Source of the DNA: Pseudoalteromonas tetraodonis | Lineage (GTDB): Bacteria > Pseudomonadota > Gammaproteobacteria > Enterobacterales > Alteromonadaceae | DNA length: 32,000 nucleotides | Assembly (NCBI RefSeq): GCF_002310835.1 | Contig: NZ_CP011041.1 | Span: forward strand, 540,001 to 572,000 | Direction: 5' to 3' | In this document: positions 16,831 through 27,509 of the stretch, piece by piece | Layout: every line of letters begins with the position of its first letter | Position numbering within the stretch: position 1 is the first letter of the stretch | Translations under genes and position numbers: made by a program | Notes under the pieces: generated by a model | Told to the model about the DNA's origin: nothing | Database searches by the model: none | The model's input: only the letters and a program-made list of their open reading frames with translations

Positions 16831-17693
16831 GGCTGCTTTTTCCGTGAAATTGACCAAGTTTCAAAGCACGCAGCACTAACAATCAGTGCGCCACCAATCA
16901 GGGTCATCACTGAGGGGCGTTCGTGCAGAATAATTATAGCCAGTATTGTGCCATAAAGGGGCTGTAAGCAAGAAATCAATCCAGCGGTTGCTGCTGATAA
17001 ATGTTTTAAACTCGCTGCAAATAACGAATGCGGCATCGCAGTAAACACCACACCGGCAATAAGCAGCAATATTAAATCAGTATCATTAATTTCTGTTATG
17101 GGCACTTCAATAAAAGCACACAGCATCAGGCTTGCGACTAAGGTTTGGTAAAACATGGTTTGCGGTCCACCATACTCGCTAAAGTAGCGTTTATGAGTAA
17201 TATTACGAAGAGCAAAAAATAATGCTGATACCACGCCCGTCACAACACCTAAAGTGATGTCATCGCCTAAATTAACGTTAGGGATCAATAAATAAATGCC
17301 AAAAATCACCACTACAGCACTTATTATATCTTTTGTTTTGGGCTTACTTTTATTAAATAGGGGCTCTAAAAATACCGTGATCACGGGATAGGTAAAAAAG
17401 GCTAACATGCCCACGGTAATTCCCGCCAATTGCATGCCTACAAAATAGGTTACCCAGTGAATACCTACGGCAACGCCTAATAAAATGGCAATCACATAAT
17501 CTTTAGCGCGATGCAGCTTAATTGGTTTTTTTTGCAAAGTTAGTAGCACACAAATTGCCAGCCCAGCGATAGCCGCGCGATAAGCGGTAATATCTAATGC
17601 ATTCAAACCAATTAGCTTTGCGAATAAGGCGGTACCGCCAAATAAAAGGACGGCAATGTGTAAGTAAATTAAGCTTTGTTGTTGGGACTGCAT
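16827..17693 (-). CDS. EamA/DMT-family inner-membrane transporter
   Basis: 288 aa with about 10 hydrophobic segments and the duplicated EamA-like architecture. Confidence 0.75.
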   Translation of the reverse strand: MQSQQQSLIYLHIAVLLFGGTALFAKLIGLNALDITAYRAAIAGLAICVLLTLQKKPIKLHRAKDYVIAILLGVAVGIHWVTYFVGMQLAGITVGMLAFFTYPVITVFLEPLFNKSKPKTKDIISAVVVIFGIYLLIPNVNLGDDITLGVVTGVVSALFFALRNITHKRYFSEYGGPQTMFYQTLVASLMLCAFIEVPITEINDTDLILLLIAGVVFTAMPHSLFAASLKHLSAATAGLISCLQPLYGTILAIIILHERPSVMTLIGGALIVSAACFETWSISRKKQP

Positions 17694-17855
17694 TAAATTT
17701 TCCAGGTCACTTTTTTTGGCTATATTAGCATTGCTTTTACACTCAGAAGATGAATTTTTCTATTTCATGACAAATGTCAGCCAAGTTAATGACACTTCAC
17801 ACTCTTATCTATTTTACCCACTGGCATAGTTACCTTACTTATATTGGAGGGTGTT

Positions 17856-18026
17856 ATGAATTCTTTAATTTTAACAAGCTTAAGCATTAGCGATTTTTTA
17901 GAAACACTAAGTTTTACTATCACTTATGTAGATTGTTTTATGTTCGTATGCATTTTTATGTTATTTGTATTTATTAATAAAAAGAGTGCTATAAATAAAA
18001 ATAATAGGCCAGAGGTATTGGTATGA
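17856..18026 (+). CDS. 56-aa single-pass membrane peptide, translationally coupled to the downstream sensor kinase
   Basis: ATG 17856 lies 5 nt after GGAGGG (17846-17851), while the track starts at TTG 17844. There is one hydrophobic helix, VDCFMFVCIFMLFVFI, followed by a basic tail. Its stop overlaps the kinase start (ATGA at 18023-18026). Confidence 0.5.
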   Translation: MNSLILTSLSISDFLETLSFTITYVDCFMFVCIFMLFVFINKKSAINKNNRPEVLV

Positions 18027-19126
18027 GCTCGGTTAACAGGTTTTCTCAGCAAAGCGATAAAGATTTTTGGAAATATGGTCATTTAGTTTTTACCGGTTTT
18101 TATTTACTCCCGATGATCATTGATTTTGCCAACTTTACGGCTAACCAAATCACTCTGTCTTTAGCCTTTTATATTGCGTTTATATTGTTATATGTAAAAG
18201 CAATAAATTGCAAAAATAGGGGAGTAACTAAGTTATTTATCGCTATGTTACTGGTGTGTTTTAGTGCCACTTTTTATAGCGCTGGTACACCAACCTTATT
18301 TGGCTTTATAGCTTATGTAGCGGGCTATACATATAGCAATTATCAAAGAGTTTATGCCGCATTAGCGATAATTTTAACTGTTTTGCTAAGTTCATATGTG
18401 GGTGACATAGCCAAGCTTGAGTACTTTTTAGCGGTGGCTTTAATTTTATGTGCGGCCCTATTTAGCTATGGTATAGCGGCAAAAAGAGAGCATTTACATA
18501 AAATTCGTGAGCAAGAAAGCGCAAAGCAATTAGAGCAACTAGCAGCCATTGCTGAGCGTGAGCGCATAGCCCGAGATTTACACGATATTTTAGGTCACTC
18601 ACTGTCATCAATAGCTTTAAAAGCTGAGCTTGCGAATAAACTAAATCAAGGCGAGCGATACGATCAGGCCAATAACGAAATTGCCCAAGTAGCAAACCTT
18701 GCAAGGCAATTGCTTAGTGATGTAAGAAGCGCGGTAAGCGATTTAAAGCAACTCGATCTAGTGAGCCAAATCGCACAGCTAAAACAAACGCTTATAGCGC
18801 AAGGTTTTAACATAAAATTTAACGTTAATTTAGCGACCTTACCCGTTAAAGTAGAGGGCATTGCGAGCCTTATTATTAAAGAGTCGGTTACTAATTTATT
18901 ACGCCATAGCAGTACAAAAAACGGCTCTATCAATATAGAGCAAACAAAGCAGCAATTAATTATCAACGTTATTGATAATGCGCCATGCACTACATTAAAA
19001 GCAGGTAATGGTTTAAATGGCATTAAAGAGCGGGCTGAGCAATTAAATGGCAATGCAACATTTACCTGTGGCGACACATTTACTTTAACTGTTGTGCTGC
19101 CACTGAGTGCTGAGGATTTAAAATGA
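18023..19126 (+). CDS. membrane sensor histidine kinase, HisKA_3 (DesK/NarX-type)
   Basis: 367 aa. There are about five N-terminal TM segments. The H-box ERERIARDLHDILGHSLS is typical of HisKA_3. C-terminal ATPase blocks include ESVTNLLRHS and GNGLNGIKERA. Confidence 0.85.
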   Translation: MSSVNRFSQQSDKDFWKYGHLVFTGFYLLPMIIDFANFTANQITLSLAFYIAFILLYVKAINCKNRGVTKLFIAMLLVCFSATFYSAGTPTLFGFIAYVAGYTYSNYQRVYAALAIILTVLLSSYVGDIAKLEYFLAVALILCAALFSYGIAAKREHLHKIREQESAKQLEQLAAIAERERIARDLHDILGHSLSSIALKAELANKLNQGERYDQANNEIAQVANLARQLLSDVRSAVSDLKQLDLVSQIAQLKQTLIAQGFNIKFNVNLATLPVKVEGIASLIIKESVTNLLRHSSTKNGSINIEQTKQQLIINVIDNAPCTTLKAGNGLNGIKERAEQLNGNATFTCGDTFTLTVVLPLSAEDLK

Positions 19127-19737
19127 TCAAAGTATATTTAGTTGAAGACCAAGCGCTGGTTCGCGACGCAGTTGCAGCCTTATTAAGCCTTGATTTCAAT
19201 ATTGAGGTGATTGGTCAAGCAAGTAATGGCCAAGATGCGTTAAATGAAATCAACGCGCTTAGTGAAGACTTACACCCAGATATTGTTTTAACCGACATAG
19301 AGATGCCAAGCATGAATGGTATTGAGCTTAGTGAACAAATAGCCGCTAAGCACCCTGCAATTAACATGGTAATTATGACCACCTTTTCGCGAGCCGGTTA
19401 TATTAGGCGTTCTTTAAGTGCGGGTGTTAAAGGTTTTATTTTAAAAGAAGCGCCAAGCGAAGAGCTAATCAATGCGCTTAAAAAAGTAATGCAAGGGCAA
19501 AAGGTGATTGACCCAGAGCTGGCAATTAACGCATTAGACGATACCGATCCACTCACAGATAAAGAACGCAAAGCGTTAAAACTTGCAAGTGATGGATTAA
19601 AAACCAGCGAAATAGCAAAACAGCTTTATATAAGTGAAGGCACAACGCGTAATTATTTATCCGATGCAATTGCTAAACTCAATGCCACAAACCGAATTGA
19701 TGCAGCACGTATAGCCCGACAAAAAGGGTGGTTGTAA
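19123..19737 (+). CDS. NarL/LuxR-family response regulator
   Basis: 204 aa. The receiver has YLVEDQ, VLTDIEMPSMNG and ILKE. The C-terminal LuxR HTH reads LTDKERKALKLASDGLKTSEIAKQLYISEGTTRNYLSDAIAKL. It overlaps the kinase gene by 4 nt. Confidence 0.9.
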   Translation: MIKVYLVEDQALVRDAVAALLSLDFNIEVIGQASNGQDALNEINALSEDLHPDIVLTDIEMPSMNGIELSEQIAAKHPAINMVIMTTFSRAGYIRRSLSAGVKGFILKEAPSEELINALKKVMQGQKVIDPELAINALDDTDPLTDKERKALKLASDGLKTSEIAKQLYISEGTTRNYLSDAIAKLNATNRIDAARIARQKGWL

Positions 19738-19899
19738 TTGCGCGAATATTTAAACGCTATGGCTTAAGCTCTCGCTCCTTTAATGGTTACAAAAATAGAC
19801 GCTTTATAAATTTCATACAACGTATTACTATTCTATTTATAATTATAAAAGTAATGAAAAGTGCTAAAAGCGCAGCTAAAAGCACTAAATGAGGGTCTA

Positions 19900-20634
19900 A
19901 TGACAGCATTAATAGAAATTACCACGCAAGGAAGCACGGCTATCCTTACTATGAATACAGCAGAAAACCGCCATAATCCAACCTTTATAAACGAGTTTAA
20001 TCAACACCTAGATACGATTGAGGCTAACGAGCATATTAAAGCGGTGGTGCTAACCTCAAGTAGCGATAAAAGTTGGTCGTTAGGCATTGATCTACAGTGG
20101 ATGGCAAACCCTGACAACACACCACAAATAATTGCCGATTTCATGAACTCGATAGGTGCCTTGTTTAAACGTATTGTTACTTTTCCTATGCCTATTATTG
20201 CCGCGCTAAACGGCCACAGTTATGGTAATGGTTCGGTGTTGGCATGTGCCTGTGATTTTAGATTTATGAAATCAGACAAAGGCTTCTTTTGTTTCCCCGA
20301 AGTCGATGTATTAGTGCCGTTTGTACCGTCTATGTTTCCTATTATTAATAAAGCCATAGATCAGCAATTTTTTAATCGTTTAGCCATGACCGGTGAGCGT
20401 GTTGATGCGCAAAAATTATTACAACATAACGTAGTAGAGGCCACCTTTGCTGATGAGCAAGCCTTGCAAACGGGTGTGTTAGAGTTTGCGCAAAGCTTTA
20501 ATAAAAATCGCTGGATATACTCTCAAAACAAAAGCCAAATGAACAAACCAATACTCGATGTTATGGCTGCACAAGATGCGGCTTTTATTGAACACATCAG
20601 CACGCTATTGTGGAAGAAACTACAGCAAAAGTAA
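19900..20634 (+). CDS. enoyl-CoA hydratase/isomerase (crotonase) family protein
   Basis: The track starts at GTG 19861, but ATG 19900 is preceded by GAGGG at 19891-19895. The crotonase fold signature is ALNGHSYGNGSVLACACDFRFM. Confidence 0.75.
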   Translation: MTALIEITTQGSTAILTMNTAENRHNPTFINEFNQHLDTIEANEHIKAVVLTSSSDKSWSLGIDLQWMANPDNTPQIIADFMNSIGALFKRIVTFPMPIIAALNGHSYGNGSVLACACDFRFMKSDKGFFCFPEVDVLVPFVPSMFPIINKAIDQQFFNRLAMTGERVDAQKLLQHNVVEATFADEQALQTGVLEFAQSFNKNRWIYSQNKSQMNKPILDVMAAQDAAFIEHISTLLWKKLQQK

Positions 20635-20645
20635 GCTGTTTATAT

Positions 20646-20690
20646 AAAAGTGAGTAAACATCAGCATTGCTATTTTACTCACTTTTAAGC
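20646..20690 (+). terminator. probable rho-independent terminator after the crotonase gene
   Basis: AAAGTGAGTAAA - 15-nt loop - TTTACTCACTTT, followed by a short T run. Confidence 0.5.
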
Positions 20691-20842
20691 TCTTAAATTA
20701 AGTACATGTTAAGCGTTATTTAGTTATATTTTCACAAAATGCAAAAGGTAATAACGCTTTATTAAAAGTTTAATGGCTTTTACCTGTCTCATTGCGAGTA
20801 TATGAGTTAAAATACTTACATAACCAACTAACAAGATAGTGA

Positions 20843-23302
20843 ATGTCAAACCAAGATCCAAATCTCAGTCGAGAACAAGAAAAGTACGAAAACCCAGTCC
20901 CTAGTCGTGAGTTTATACTTACTCACCTGCAAGAGCGTTCCAAACCTGCTAACTACGCACAACTATGTGAAGAACTCGCAGTCAACGATGAAGAACGACA
21001 AATAGCATTTAAGCGCCGACTTCGCGCCATGGAGCGTGATGGGCAGCTTTATTTTAATAAATTTAAATGTTATGCCCTGATTGACGAAGCCGGTTTAACC
21101 AAAGGCAAAGTAGTCGGTCACAGAGACGGTTTTGGCTTTTTAGAAGTTGAAGGCGAGAGCAAAGATTGGTTTATTGCCAAGCATCAAATGAATATGGTGC
21201 TACACGGTGACATCGTTCTTGCCAAAGGCACTAAACGCGGCTCAGGCTCAAAATGCGACGCACGCATCATCAAAGTACTCACTAACGAGCGCGCACCCAT
21301 TGTAGGGCGTTATTTTGTTGAGCATGGTATTGCCGTTGTTGTGGCTGAAGATCCGCGCATTACCCAAGACATTATTATTCTACCGGGTAACGAAAAAGGC
21401 GCGCGTCATAACCAAATGGTGCAAGTGCAAATAACCCAAAATCCAAGTCGTAATATGAATGCGGTAGGTAAAGTTATCGACGTACTGGGCGAGCATTTAG
21501 CGCCGGGTATGGAAATTGAAGTTGCGCTGCGTAATCACGATATTCCACACGTATGGCCTGAAGAGGTTGAACAACAAGTTGCCCACTTAGGTGAATTTGT
21601 TGAAGAAGCCGATAAACAAGGTCGAGTTGATTTACGCGGCTTACCGCTTGTGACCATAGATGGCGAAGACGCTCGTGATTTTGATGATGCCGTATACTGT
21701 GAGCCTAAAAAGTCGGGTGGCTGGCGCTTATGGGTAGCCATTGCCGATGTATCACATTATGTAGGTATGAACACGCCGCTTAACAAAGAAGCGATAGAGC
21801 GCGGTAACTCAGTGTATTTCCCTGAGCAAGTTATTCCAATGCTACCAAAAGTATTATCTAACGGTTTGTGCTCGCTTAACCCTGAGGTTGATCGCTTGTG
21901 TATGGTTGCAGAAATGACCGTATCGCAAGAGGGTAAGCTCTCAGGTTATAAGTTTTACGAAGCGGTGATGAACTCACATGCACGTTTAACTTACACCAAA
22001 GTAAATGCCATTTTACAAAACGATGAAAAGTTACGTAAAGAATACGCAGCTGTAGTGCCGCATTTAACTGATTTGCAGCAAATGTACATGGCATTAAAAG
22101 CAGCGCGCCAAGAGCGTGGCGCCATTGAGTTTGAAACACTCGAAACTCGCTTTGTATTTAACGCACAGCGTAAAATAGAATCAATTGTGCCGGTTATTCG
22201 TAACGATGCGCACAAGCTCATTGAAGAATGTATGATTTTAGCCAATGTTTCGGCGGCTAAGTTACTTGAAAAACACGAAGCCAGCGCACTGTATCGAGTA
22301 CATGATGAGCCCGATAGCGAAAAGCTGGGTAACTTTACTCAGTTTTTAACTGAGCTGGGGATTGAAAGCACGCTAAGTGATGAACCAACCCCGAAAGAAA
22401 TTACTCATGTATTGGCTCGTTTAGGTGACCGTCCAGAGGCTGAGCTTATTCAAACTATGCTGCTGCGCTCAATGAAACAAGCGGTTTATCAGCCAGATAA
22501 CATAGGTCACTTTGGTTTAGCATTATCGGCTTACGCGCACTTTACCTCGCCAATTCGCCGTTACCCCGATTTAGTGGTGCATCGTGCAATTAAAGCAGTA
22601 TTAAAAGCACAAGGGCAGCAAACCTCTGGTGAATACGCTTATAGCGATGATGAAGTCGATCAACTTGGTGAGCAATGTTCTACCACTGAGCGCCGCGCAG
22701 ATGATGCCACCCGTGAAGTAGCCGATTGGTTAAAATGTGAATACATGCAAGATCATGTAGGCATGGAGTTTAACGGGGTTATTTCATCGGTTACTAACTT
22801 TGGTTTATTTATTCGTTTAGATGACTTACAAATTGATGGATTAATTCATGTTACCAATTTAGGTGATGAATATTTCCAGCATGATGCAGCTAAACATTGC
22901 TTGGTGGGTGAACACACACATACGGTTTATCGTTTAGGCGACAAAGTCACTGTGCAGGTTGCCTCGGTAAGCTTAGATGATCGTCGTATAAACTTAACGC
23001 TTAAAGGCGATGTTGCCCAAGATCGTTATGCGCGTCGTCGTGCACCTAAAAAAAATGCTCCAACCAGTGTTCGCTCGCAACTTAAAGCCGGTAAAATCCC
23101 GGGTAAAAAGTCAGCAAGTGATGACAAAAAGCCAAAGGCGAGTAAAAAGCCTGCTGCAAAAGGCAAATCAGCGAGCAAATCAAAAGTAAAAGCGGATGAC
23201 ACCACCGCTAAGAAAAAAACCAAAAAGAAAGCGGTCAAAAAGCCTAAAAGACCAGGTAAAAATGCCCGTAAACGTAGTAGCCCAGGAGCAAACAATTCGT
23301 GA
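20843..23302 (+). CDS. rnr: ribonuclease R
   Basis: 819 aa. The RNB catalytic region has [12 protein letters not shown] and [18 protein letters not shown]. There is an S1 domain near the C-terminus and a long Lys-rich tail. It is followed by rlmB, as in enterobacteria. Confidence 0.95.
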   Translation: MSNQDPNLSREQEKYENPVPSREFILTHLQERSKPANYAQLCEELAVNDEERQIAFKRRLRAMERDGQLYFNKFKCYALIDEAGLTKGKVVGHRDGFGFLEVEGESKDWFIAKHQMNMVLHGDIVLAKGTKRGSGSKCDARIIKVLTNERAPIVGRYFVEHGIAVVVAEDPRITQDIIILPGNEKGARHNQMVQVQITQNPSRNMNAVGKVIDVLGEHLAPGMEIEVALRNHDIPHVWPEEVEQQVAHLGEFVEEADKQGRVDLRGLPLVTIDGEDARDFDDAVYCEPKKSGGWRLWVAIADVSHYVGMNTPLNKEAIERGNSVYFPEQVIPMLPKVLSNGLCSLNPEVDRLCMVAEMTVSQEGKLSGYKFYEAVMNSHARLTYTKVNAILQNDEKLRKEYAAVVPHLTDLQQMYMALKAARQERGAIEFETLETRFVFNAQRKIESIVPVIRNDAHKLIEECMILANVSAAKLLEKHEASALYRVHDEPDSEKLGNFTQFLTELGIESTLSDEPTPKEITHVLARLGDRPEAELIQTMLLRSMKQAVYQPDNIGHFGLALSAYAHFTSPIRRYPDLVVHRAIKAVLKAQGQQTSGEYAYSDDEVDQLGEQCSTTERRADDATREVADWLKCEYMQDHVGMEFNGVISSVTNFGLFIRLDDLQIDGLIHVTNLGDEYFQHDAAKHCLVGEHTHTVYRLGDKVTVQVASVSLDDRRINLTLKGDVAQDRYARRRAPKKNAPTSVRSQLKAGKIPGKKSASDDKKPKASKKPAAKGKSASKSKVKADDTTAKKKTKKKAVKKPKRPGKNARKRSSPGANNS

Positions 23303-24042
23303 GTAATGAATTAATTTTTGGCTTTCACTCTGTTGAAGCAATTTTGGCAAAAGAGCCAGAGCGTTTTATAGAAATATACGCCCTTAAAGGACGTGATGAT
23401 AAGCGCTTATCGCCGGTGATTGAGCAAGCGCGTCAGTTTGGTATTTCAGTACAGTTTATGCAACGAAAAGCGCTTGATAACAAAGCGAAAGATGAGCAAC
23501 ATCAAGGCATTATCGCCAACGTGAAAGCGGCACGTGTGTTTAACGAAAAAGATCTTGATGAGATCATTGAACGCGAAGACACCCCGTTTTTACTGGTACT
23601 TGATGGCATCACCGATCCGCATAATTTAGGTGCCTGCTTACGTAGCGCCGATGCTGCCGGTGTTCATGCGGTGATAGTTCCTAAAGACAAGTCAGCAAAG
23701 CTTAATGGCACGGCACGTAAAGTGGCCTGTGGCGCAGCTGAAACAGTACCGCTTATTCAGGTTACTAACCTTGCACGTACATTACGTGAAATAAAAGACG
23801 CAGGTGTATGGGTTGTAGGCACAGCCGGTGAAACCGACACACATGTATTTGATGCCAGCTTAACAGGCCCAATGGCGATTGTGATGGGAGCTGAAGGCGA
23901 GGGTATGCGCCGTTTAACCCGTGAGCACTGTGATGTACTCGTTAAAATTCCAATGGCGGGTACGGTTTCAAGTTTAAATGTATCGGTTGCAACCGGTATT
24001 TGTTTATTTGAAGTATTACGCCAGCGCGCAGAAACAAATTAA
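23299..24042 (+). CDS. rlmB: 23S rRNA (guanosine2251-2'-O)-methyltransferase
   Basis: 247 aa with near-collinear resemblance to E. coli RlmB ([64 protein letters not shown]). Its GTG start overlaps the rnr stop. Confidence 0.95.
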   Translation: MSNELIFGFHSVEAILAKEPERFIEIYALKGRDDKRLSPVIEQARQFGISVQFMQRKALDNKAKDEQHQGIIANVKAARVFNEKDLDEIIEREDTPFLLVLDGITDPHNLGACLRSADAAGVHAVIVPKDKSAKLNGTARKVACGAAETVPLIQVTNLARTLREIKDAGVWVVGTAGETDTHVFDASLTGPMAIVMGAEGEGMRRLTREHCDVLVKIPMAGTVSSLNVSVATGICLFEVLRQRAETN

Positions 24043-24065
24043 GCCTATTAATTACATAGGCATTA

Positions 24066-24102
24066 AAAAGCCGAGATTGATTTAATCAACCTCGGCTTTT
24101 TT
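24066..24102. terminator. bidirectional rho-independent terminator between rlmB (+) and the TonB-dependent receptor gene (-)
   Basis: AAAAA-GCCGAGATTGAT-TTA-ATCAACCTCGGC-TTTTTT. The stem is 12 bp with one mismatch, and an A-run and a T-run flank it. Confidence 0.8.
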
Positions 24103-24124
24103 GTACTTTTAAGTTAGCACTTTA

Positions 24125-26281
24125 TTAAAAACTGTAAGAGTAGCCCATTTGTACTGAACGTGGCTTACCAGGTTGAATACCGCCATTTGCACGGTTAGCA
24201 ATGTAGGTTTTATCAAACAAGTTATCTACGCTTAGGTATACTTTTTGGTTTTCGTCGATTAAGTACTTAGCAGCTAAATCCCATACAACACGGCTATCAA
24301 TCGCATTTAAGCCTGAGTTAGTTAAATCAGCATGTGCATCAGACACGTAACGTATTTGGCTATTTACCACAAAGTTATTCACTTCTGCGCCAAACGATAA
24401 AGCAACCTGGTTCTCAGGTACGTAAGGCATTGCATCGCCTTTTTCTACTGAGCCCCAAATTTCTGAATCAAACGTGTTTTTAAATTCTGAATCTGTGTAG
24501 GTGTAAGTTAATTTTACTGGGAACGCAACCGATGCAGTATTAAACGTTCGACCTGCGCTAAATTCAAAGCCCGATACTTCTACTTCACCGTAGTTGTATT
24601 GGTCACCAATGTTATCGTCATTACAACCTACTGATGCAGTACAGTTACCATGCATATTGTCGTAATCAGAGTAAAACGCAATTACTTCACCGTTAAAACC
24701 GCCCGCATTAAAACGAGAGCCAAACTCGATGTTGACGCTCTCTTCTTCGTCTTGGTCGGCATTACCCGGTGCTGCAGGGGCGTAACCTTTTTGAATACCA
24801 GCAAGTAACGTAACATTGTCGTTAAGTGTGTAAGTAGCACCTAAAGACGGTACTAAAATTTCAGTATCGTTAGAGATATCTTTCGTTAAGCCTAGGCTAC
24901 GGGTTGGATCTGACTTAGCCCACTCTTCACGGGTAATAGTTATGTCTTCATAACGAAGACCAGCACTCACTATTAATGCATCCATTGTCCATTCGTCTTG
25001 AATAAATAGCGTGCTTGCTTTTGCACTGTCTAAACGGTTGCTGTTAGAGCCTGGAGCGCCTTGTGAGGTAAGAGTCATGCTTAAATCTTGATTAAGCGTG
25101 TATTTGTCTTCCCACTGGAAACGATCCATTTCATCTTCGTGGTAACGTACGCCAACCGTAATGTAGTGAGCGCCCGCTGGGATGTGTAATTCAGACTGCA
25201 CACCTTTTGCTTGGTAGTCACGGTTATTGGCTTTAACACCGATGTTTTCAATACCCGCAGCTGTTGGGTTTGCTTCAAACTCGCTGTATTGCTCAAGTGT
25301 GCTTGAACCAACACTGCTTGCTTTGTACCAGTTACGGTGGAAGTCGTTTAGATAAGCGGTTGCTAAAACTTCATAACCTTCACCAAAACGGTATGCATAG
25401 TTTACTTGGTATGCATTATGGCGAGTGTTCATTTCATCATTTTGTGATGCTGCGTAACGACGGTACGGGTTTTGTTGGTAATCGGCATCGGTTAAACCCA
25501 TGTAAGTTTCGTCTGATGTTTCTTCAGAGTACTTTAATTTGAACTCAATGTTATGCGCATCGTTTTCACCAAAGGTATGGCCAAACTTTACCAATACATC
25601 GTTTTTTTCAAAACCTGTGTTGTCATCACCTACTGGCAATTCTTTAAAGCCATCAGCGCCGTAAGAAAACACTTCAATTAAGCCTGCAGTGTTGTTTTTT
25701 TCTTTTGCGAAGTAAGCGTGACCTTTGTAGTAACCATCGCTACCAAGGGCAGCATCTAGCATGCCTGTTGAGCTATTTGCTTCAGTTGGTAGGCTGCGAG
25801 AAAGTAAATTTAATACACCACCGGTAGTGCGCGGGCCATATTTAACTGAGGCAGCACCTTTTAATACTTCAATAGATTCCATACGGCCCATAGTTGGGAA
25901 GTAGTAAGCCGATGGCGCAGAGTAAGGAGCCGGAGCAACAAGTACACCGTCTTCCATCACAGAAATTTTGTCGTTACGACCAGTACCTGTACCGCGCATA
26001 CCAATATTAGGGCGCAGGCCGTAGCCATCTTCTTCTTGCACGTATACACCTGGTACAGATGCTAATACGCGAGAAATATCGGTAAATTCGAATTTTTGCA
26101 ATTCTGCATCTGAAATAAACGTAGCAGATCCTGGAATATCGTTAATAGCGGCTTGTGAGCCAATAACGGTAATTTGTTCAAAGTTACGCTCAACTTTGTC
26201 GGCATCTTTTGCCATTGCTGTTGTGTTCAAAGACAGCGCAACAGCTGCAGTTAACGAAGAAACTAAAAATTTATGTGACAT
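24125..26281 (-). CDS. TonB-dependent outer-membrane receptor (probably iron/siderophore)
   Basis: 718 aa. It has a signal peptide, plug-domain motifs (ITVIGS, RGTGTGRNDKISVMEDGV) and a C-terminal aromatic residue (YSYSF). A Fur-box-like site lies upstream. Confidence 0.9.
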   Translation of the reverse strand: MSHKFLVSSLTAAVALSLNTTAMAKDADKVERNFEQITVIGSQAAINDIPGSATFISDAELQKFEFTDISRVLASVPGVYVQEEDGYGLRPNIGMRGTGTGRNDKISVMEDGVLVAPAPYSAPSAYYFPTMGRMESIEVLKGAASVKYGPRTTGGVLNLLSRSLPTEANSSTGMLDAALGSDGYYKGHAYFAKEKNNTAGLIEVFSYGADGFKELPVGDDNTGFEKNDVLVKFGHTFGENDAHNIEFKLKYSEETSDETYMGLTDADYQQNPYRRYAASQNDEMNTRHNAYQVNYAYRFGEGYEVLATAYLNDFHRNWYKASSVGSSTLEQYSEFEANPTAAGIENIGVKANNRDYQAKGVQSELHIPAGAHYITVGVRYHEDEMDRFQWEDKYTLNQDLSMTLTSQGAPGSNSNRLDSAKASTLFIQDEWTMDALIVSAGLRYEDITITREEWAKSDPTRSLGLTKDISNDTEILVPSLGATYTLNDNVTLLAGIQKGYAPAAPGNADQDEEESVNIEFGSRFNAGGFNGEVIAFYSDYDNMHGNCTASVGCNDDNIGDQYNYGEVEVSGFEFSAGRTFNTASVAFPVKLTYTYTDSEFKNTFDSEIWGSVEKGDAMPYVPENQVALSFGAEVNNFVVNSQIRYVSDAHADLTNSGLNAIDSRVVWDLAAKYLIDENQKVYLSVDNLFDKTYIANRANGGIQPGKPRSVQMGYSYSF

Positions 26282-26335
26282 TGATTACCCTAAAAATAGT
26301 TCAACTACTGAAATTGGCGTAATTTAAACATGTTA

Positions 26336-26357
26336 ACGAATGAGAATCAATATTATT
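26336..26357. promoter_or_regulatory. Fur-box-like operator upstream of the TonB-dependent receptor gene
   Basis: ACGAATGAGAATCAATATT matches the 19-bp Fur consensus GATAATGATAATCATTATC at 13 of 19 positions by hand. It lies 55-75 bp upstream of the start codon at 26281. Confidence 0.5.
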
Positions 26358-26525
26358 AAGTTTTACTATAATTTACATCTGTCGTAAAAACAGGCTGTTT
26401 TTATAACATTTTTAACTAGGTGTTTATTTTTGTTTTATAAAAACAGGGATAATGTATTGGCTGGTGGCGGTTAATTTAACCTGAACGCTGCTTGAGATAG
26501 ATTTATTATTCAGAGTTCAGGTTAT

Positions 26526-27383
26526 TTAAGCCGTGGGGTAACCTAAGCGCAGCTTAATAAACTCAGCGAGTTTAAACACGGCGTTTTCAGGTTCGCGGGC
26601 AGTTTTAACTAAACTAATGCCAATGCTACCGAGCGCAGGTAAATTTTTAGTGTGTAATTGATAGGTTAAATCGTTCGGCACCGTACTTCTTGCCAATACA
26701 GTAATACCTAAACCTTCTTTTAATGCCGCAATTAAACCGGTTAAATCGGCGTTGCTGTAAACAATACGGTATTTAATACCTGCTTTTTCAAGCGCTTGGG
26801 TTGCTCTGCGTCGGTAAATACAGCCCTCAGGCGCTGTTACTAAGGTAACGGTTTCATTTTGCGCCAGTGAAAGATCGCCAACCCACACTAATTGGTCTTG
26901 AATAAAAATAGGGAATTTTTCTGAATCAAGCTGCTCATTTAGCGCCAATACTAAATCAAATTGATCTTGGCGCTCATCCGAAAGTAAGTGTTTACTCAAA
27001 CGTGACTTCACTTCTAACGATACATCAGGGTAGAGCGCCACAAAGTCGCCAATAATAGAAGGTAAAATACGTGCTGCAAATTCGCTAGGGATCCCTAAGC
27101 GCACTTTACCAGTGACACTTTCGGAGGTGAACAACTGTAAAATGGCATCGTTATGTTGCACCATTTGTTTTGCCATAGGCAGTAACAGTTCACCATATTG
27201 ATTAAGTACTTGGCGTTGTCCCTGCTTTTTAAATAATTTATAGCCTAATAAGTCTTCTAAACGTTTTACTTGTAAGCTTACCGCCGGTTGCGAAAGGCCA
27301 AGTAAATCGCCTGCTTTGGCAAATCCACCTACCTCAACCACCATAACAAATGTGCGTAAACTGTCGGTTGAAATGTTTTTCAT
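26526..27383 (-). CDS. LysR-family transcriptional regulator
   Basis: 285 aa. The N-terminal HTH reads FAKAGDLLGLSQPAVSLQVKRLEDLLG, and the C-terminal substrate-binding domain has typical length. It is divergent from the GcvT-paralog gene. Confidence 0.9.
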   Translation of the reverse strand: MKNISTDSLRTFVMVVEVGGFAKAGDLLGLSQPAVSLQVKRLEDLLGYKLFKKQGQRQVLNQYGELLLPMAKQMVQHNDAILQLFTSESVTGKVRLGIPSEFAARILPSIIGDFVALYPDVSLEVKSRLSKHLLSDERQDQFDLVLALNEQLDSEKFPIFIQDQLVWVGDLSLAQNETVTLVTAPEGCIYRRRATQALEKAGIKYRIVYSNADLTGLIAALKEGLGITVLARSTVPNDLTYQLHTKNLPALGSIGISLVKTAREPENAVFKLAEFIKLRLGYPTA

Positions 27384-27425
27384 ATTTAAAATTACTATTT
27401 ATATGGCTATATATATAAGTATTAT

Positions 27426-27439
27426 TTATCAATTGATAA
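27426..27439. promoter_or_regulatory. perfect 14-bp palindrome, candidate LysR-type (T-N11-A) operator
   Basis: TTATCAATTGATAA lies in the 126-bp divergent intergenic region between the LysR gene and ORF 27510..28100. Confidence 0.35.
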
Positions 27440-27509
27440 GTAATTACAATTTGTTGTTGTAAGCCTTGCGCAATATACTTTTGCTATTAAAGATAGATAG
27501 GTATTTGTT

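Noticed and set aside
20711-20759. 10-bp inverted repeat AAGCGTTATT...AATAACGCTT (29-nt loop) upstream of rnr as a cold-shock 5' UTR element
   Set aside because: It is plausible, but I cannot place the promoter or show the repeat is transcribed. A single AT-rich inverted repeat is weak evidence.
26385-26524. AT-rich inverted and direct repeats between the LysR gene and the TonB-receptor promoter (CTGTTTTTATAA/TTATAAAAACAG at 26395-26446; TAACCTGAAC/GTTCAGGTTA at 26477-26524)
   Set aside because: They are probably weak terminator-like structures for the LysR gene. The stems are AT-rich or have long loops and lack clear T-runs, so I could not support a specific call.
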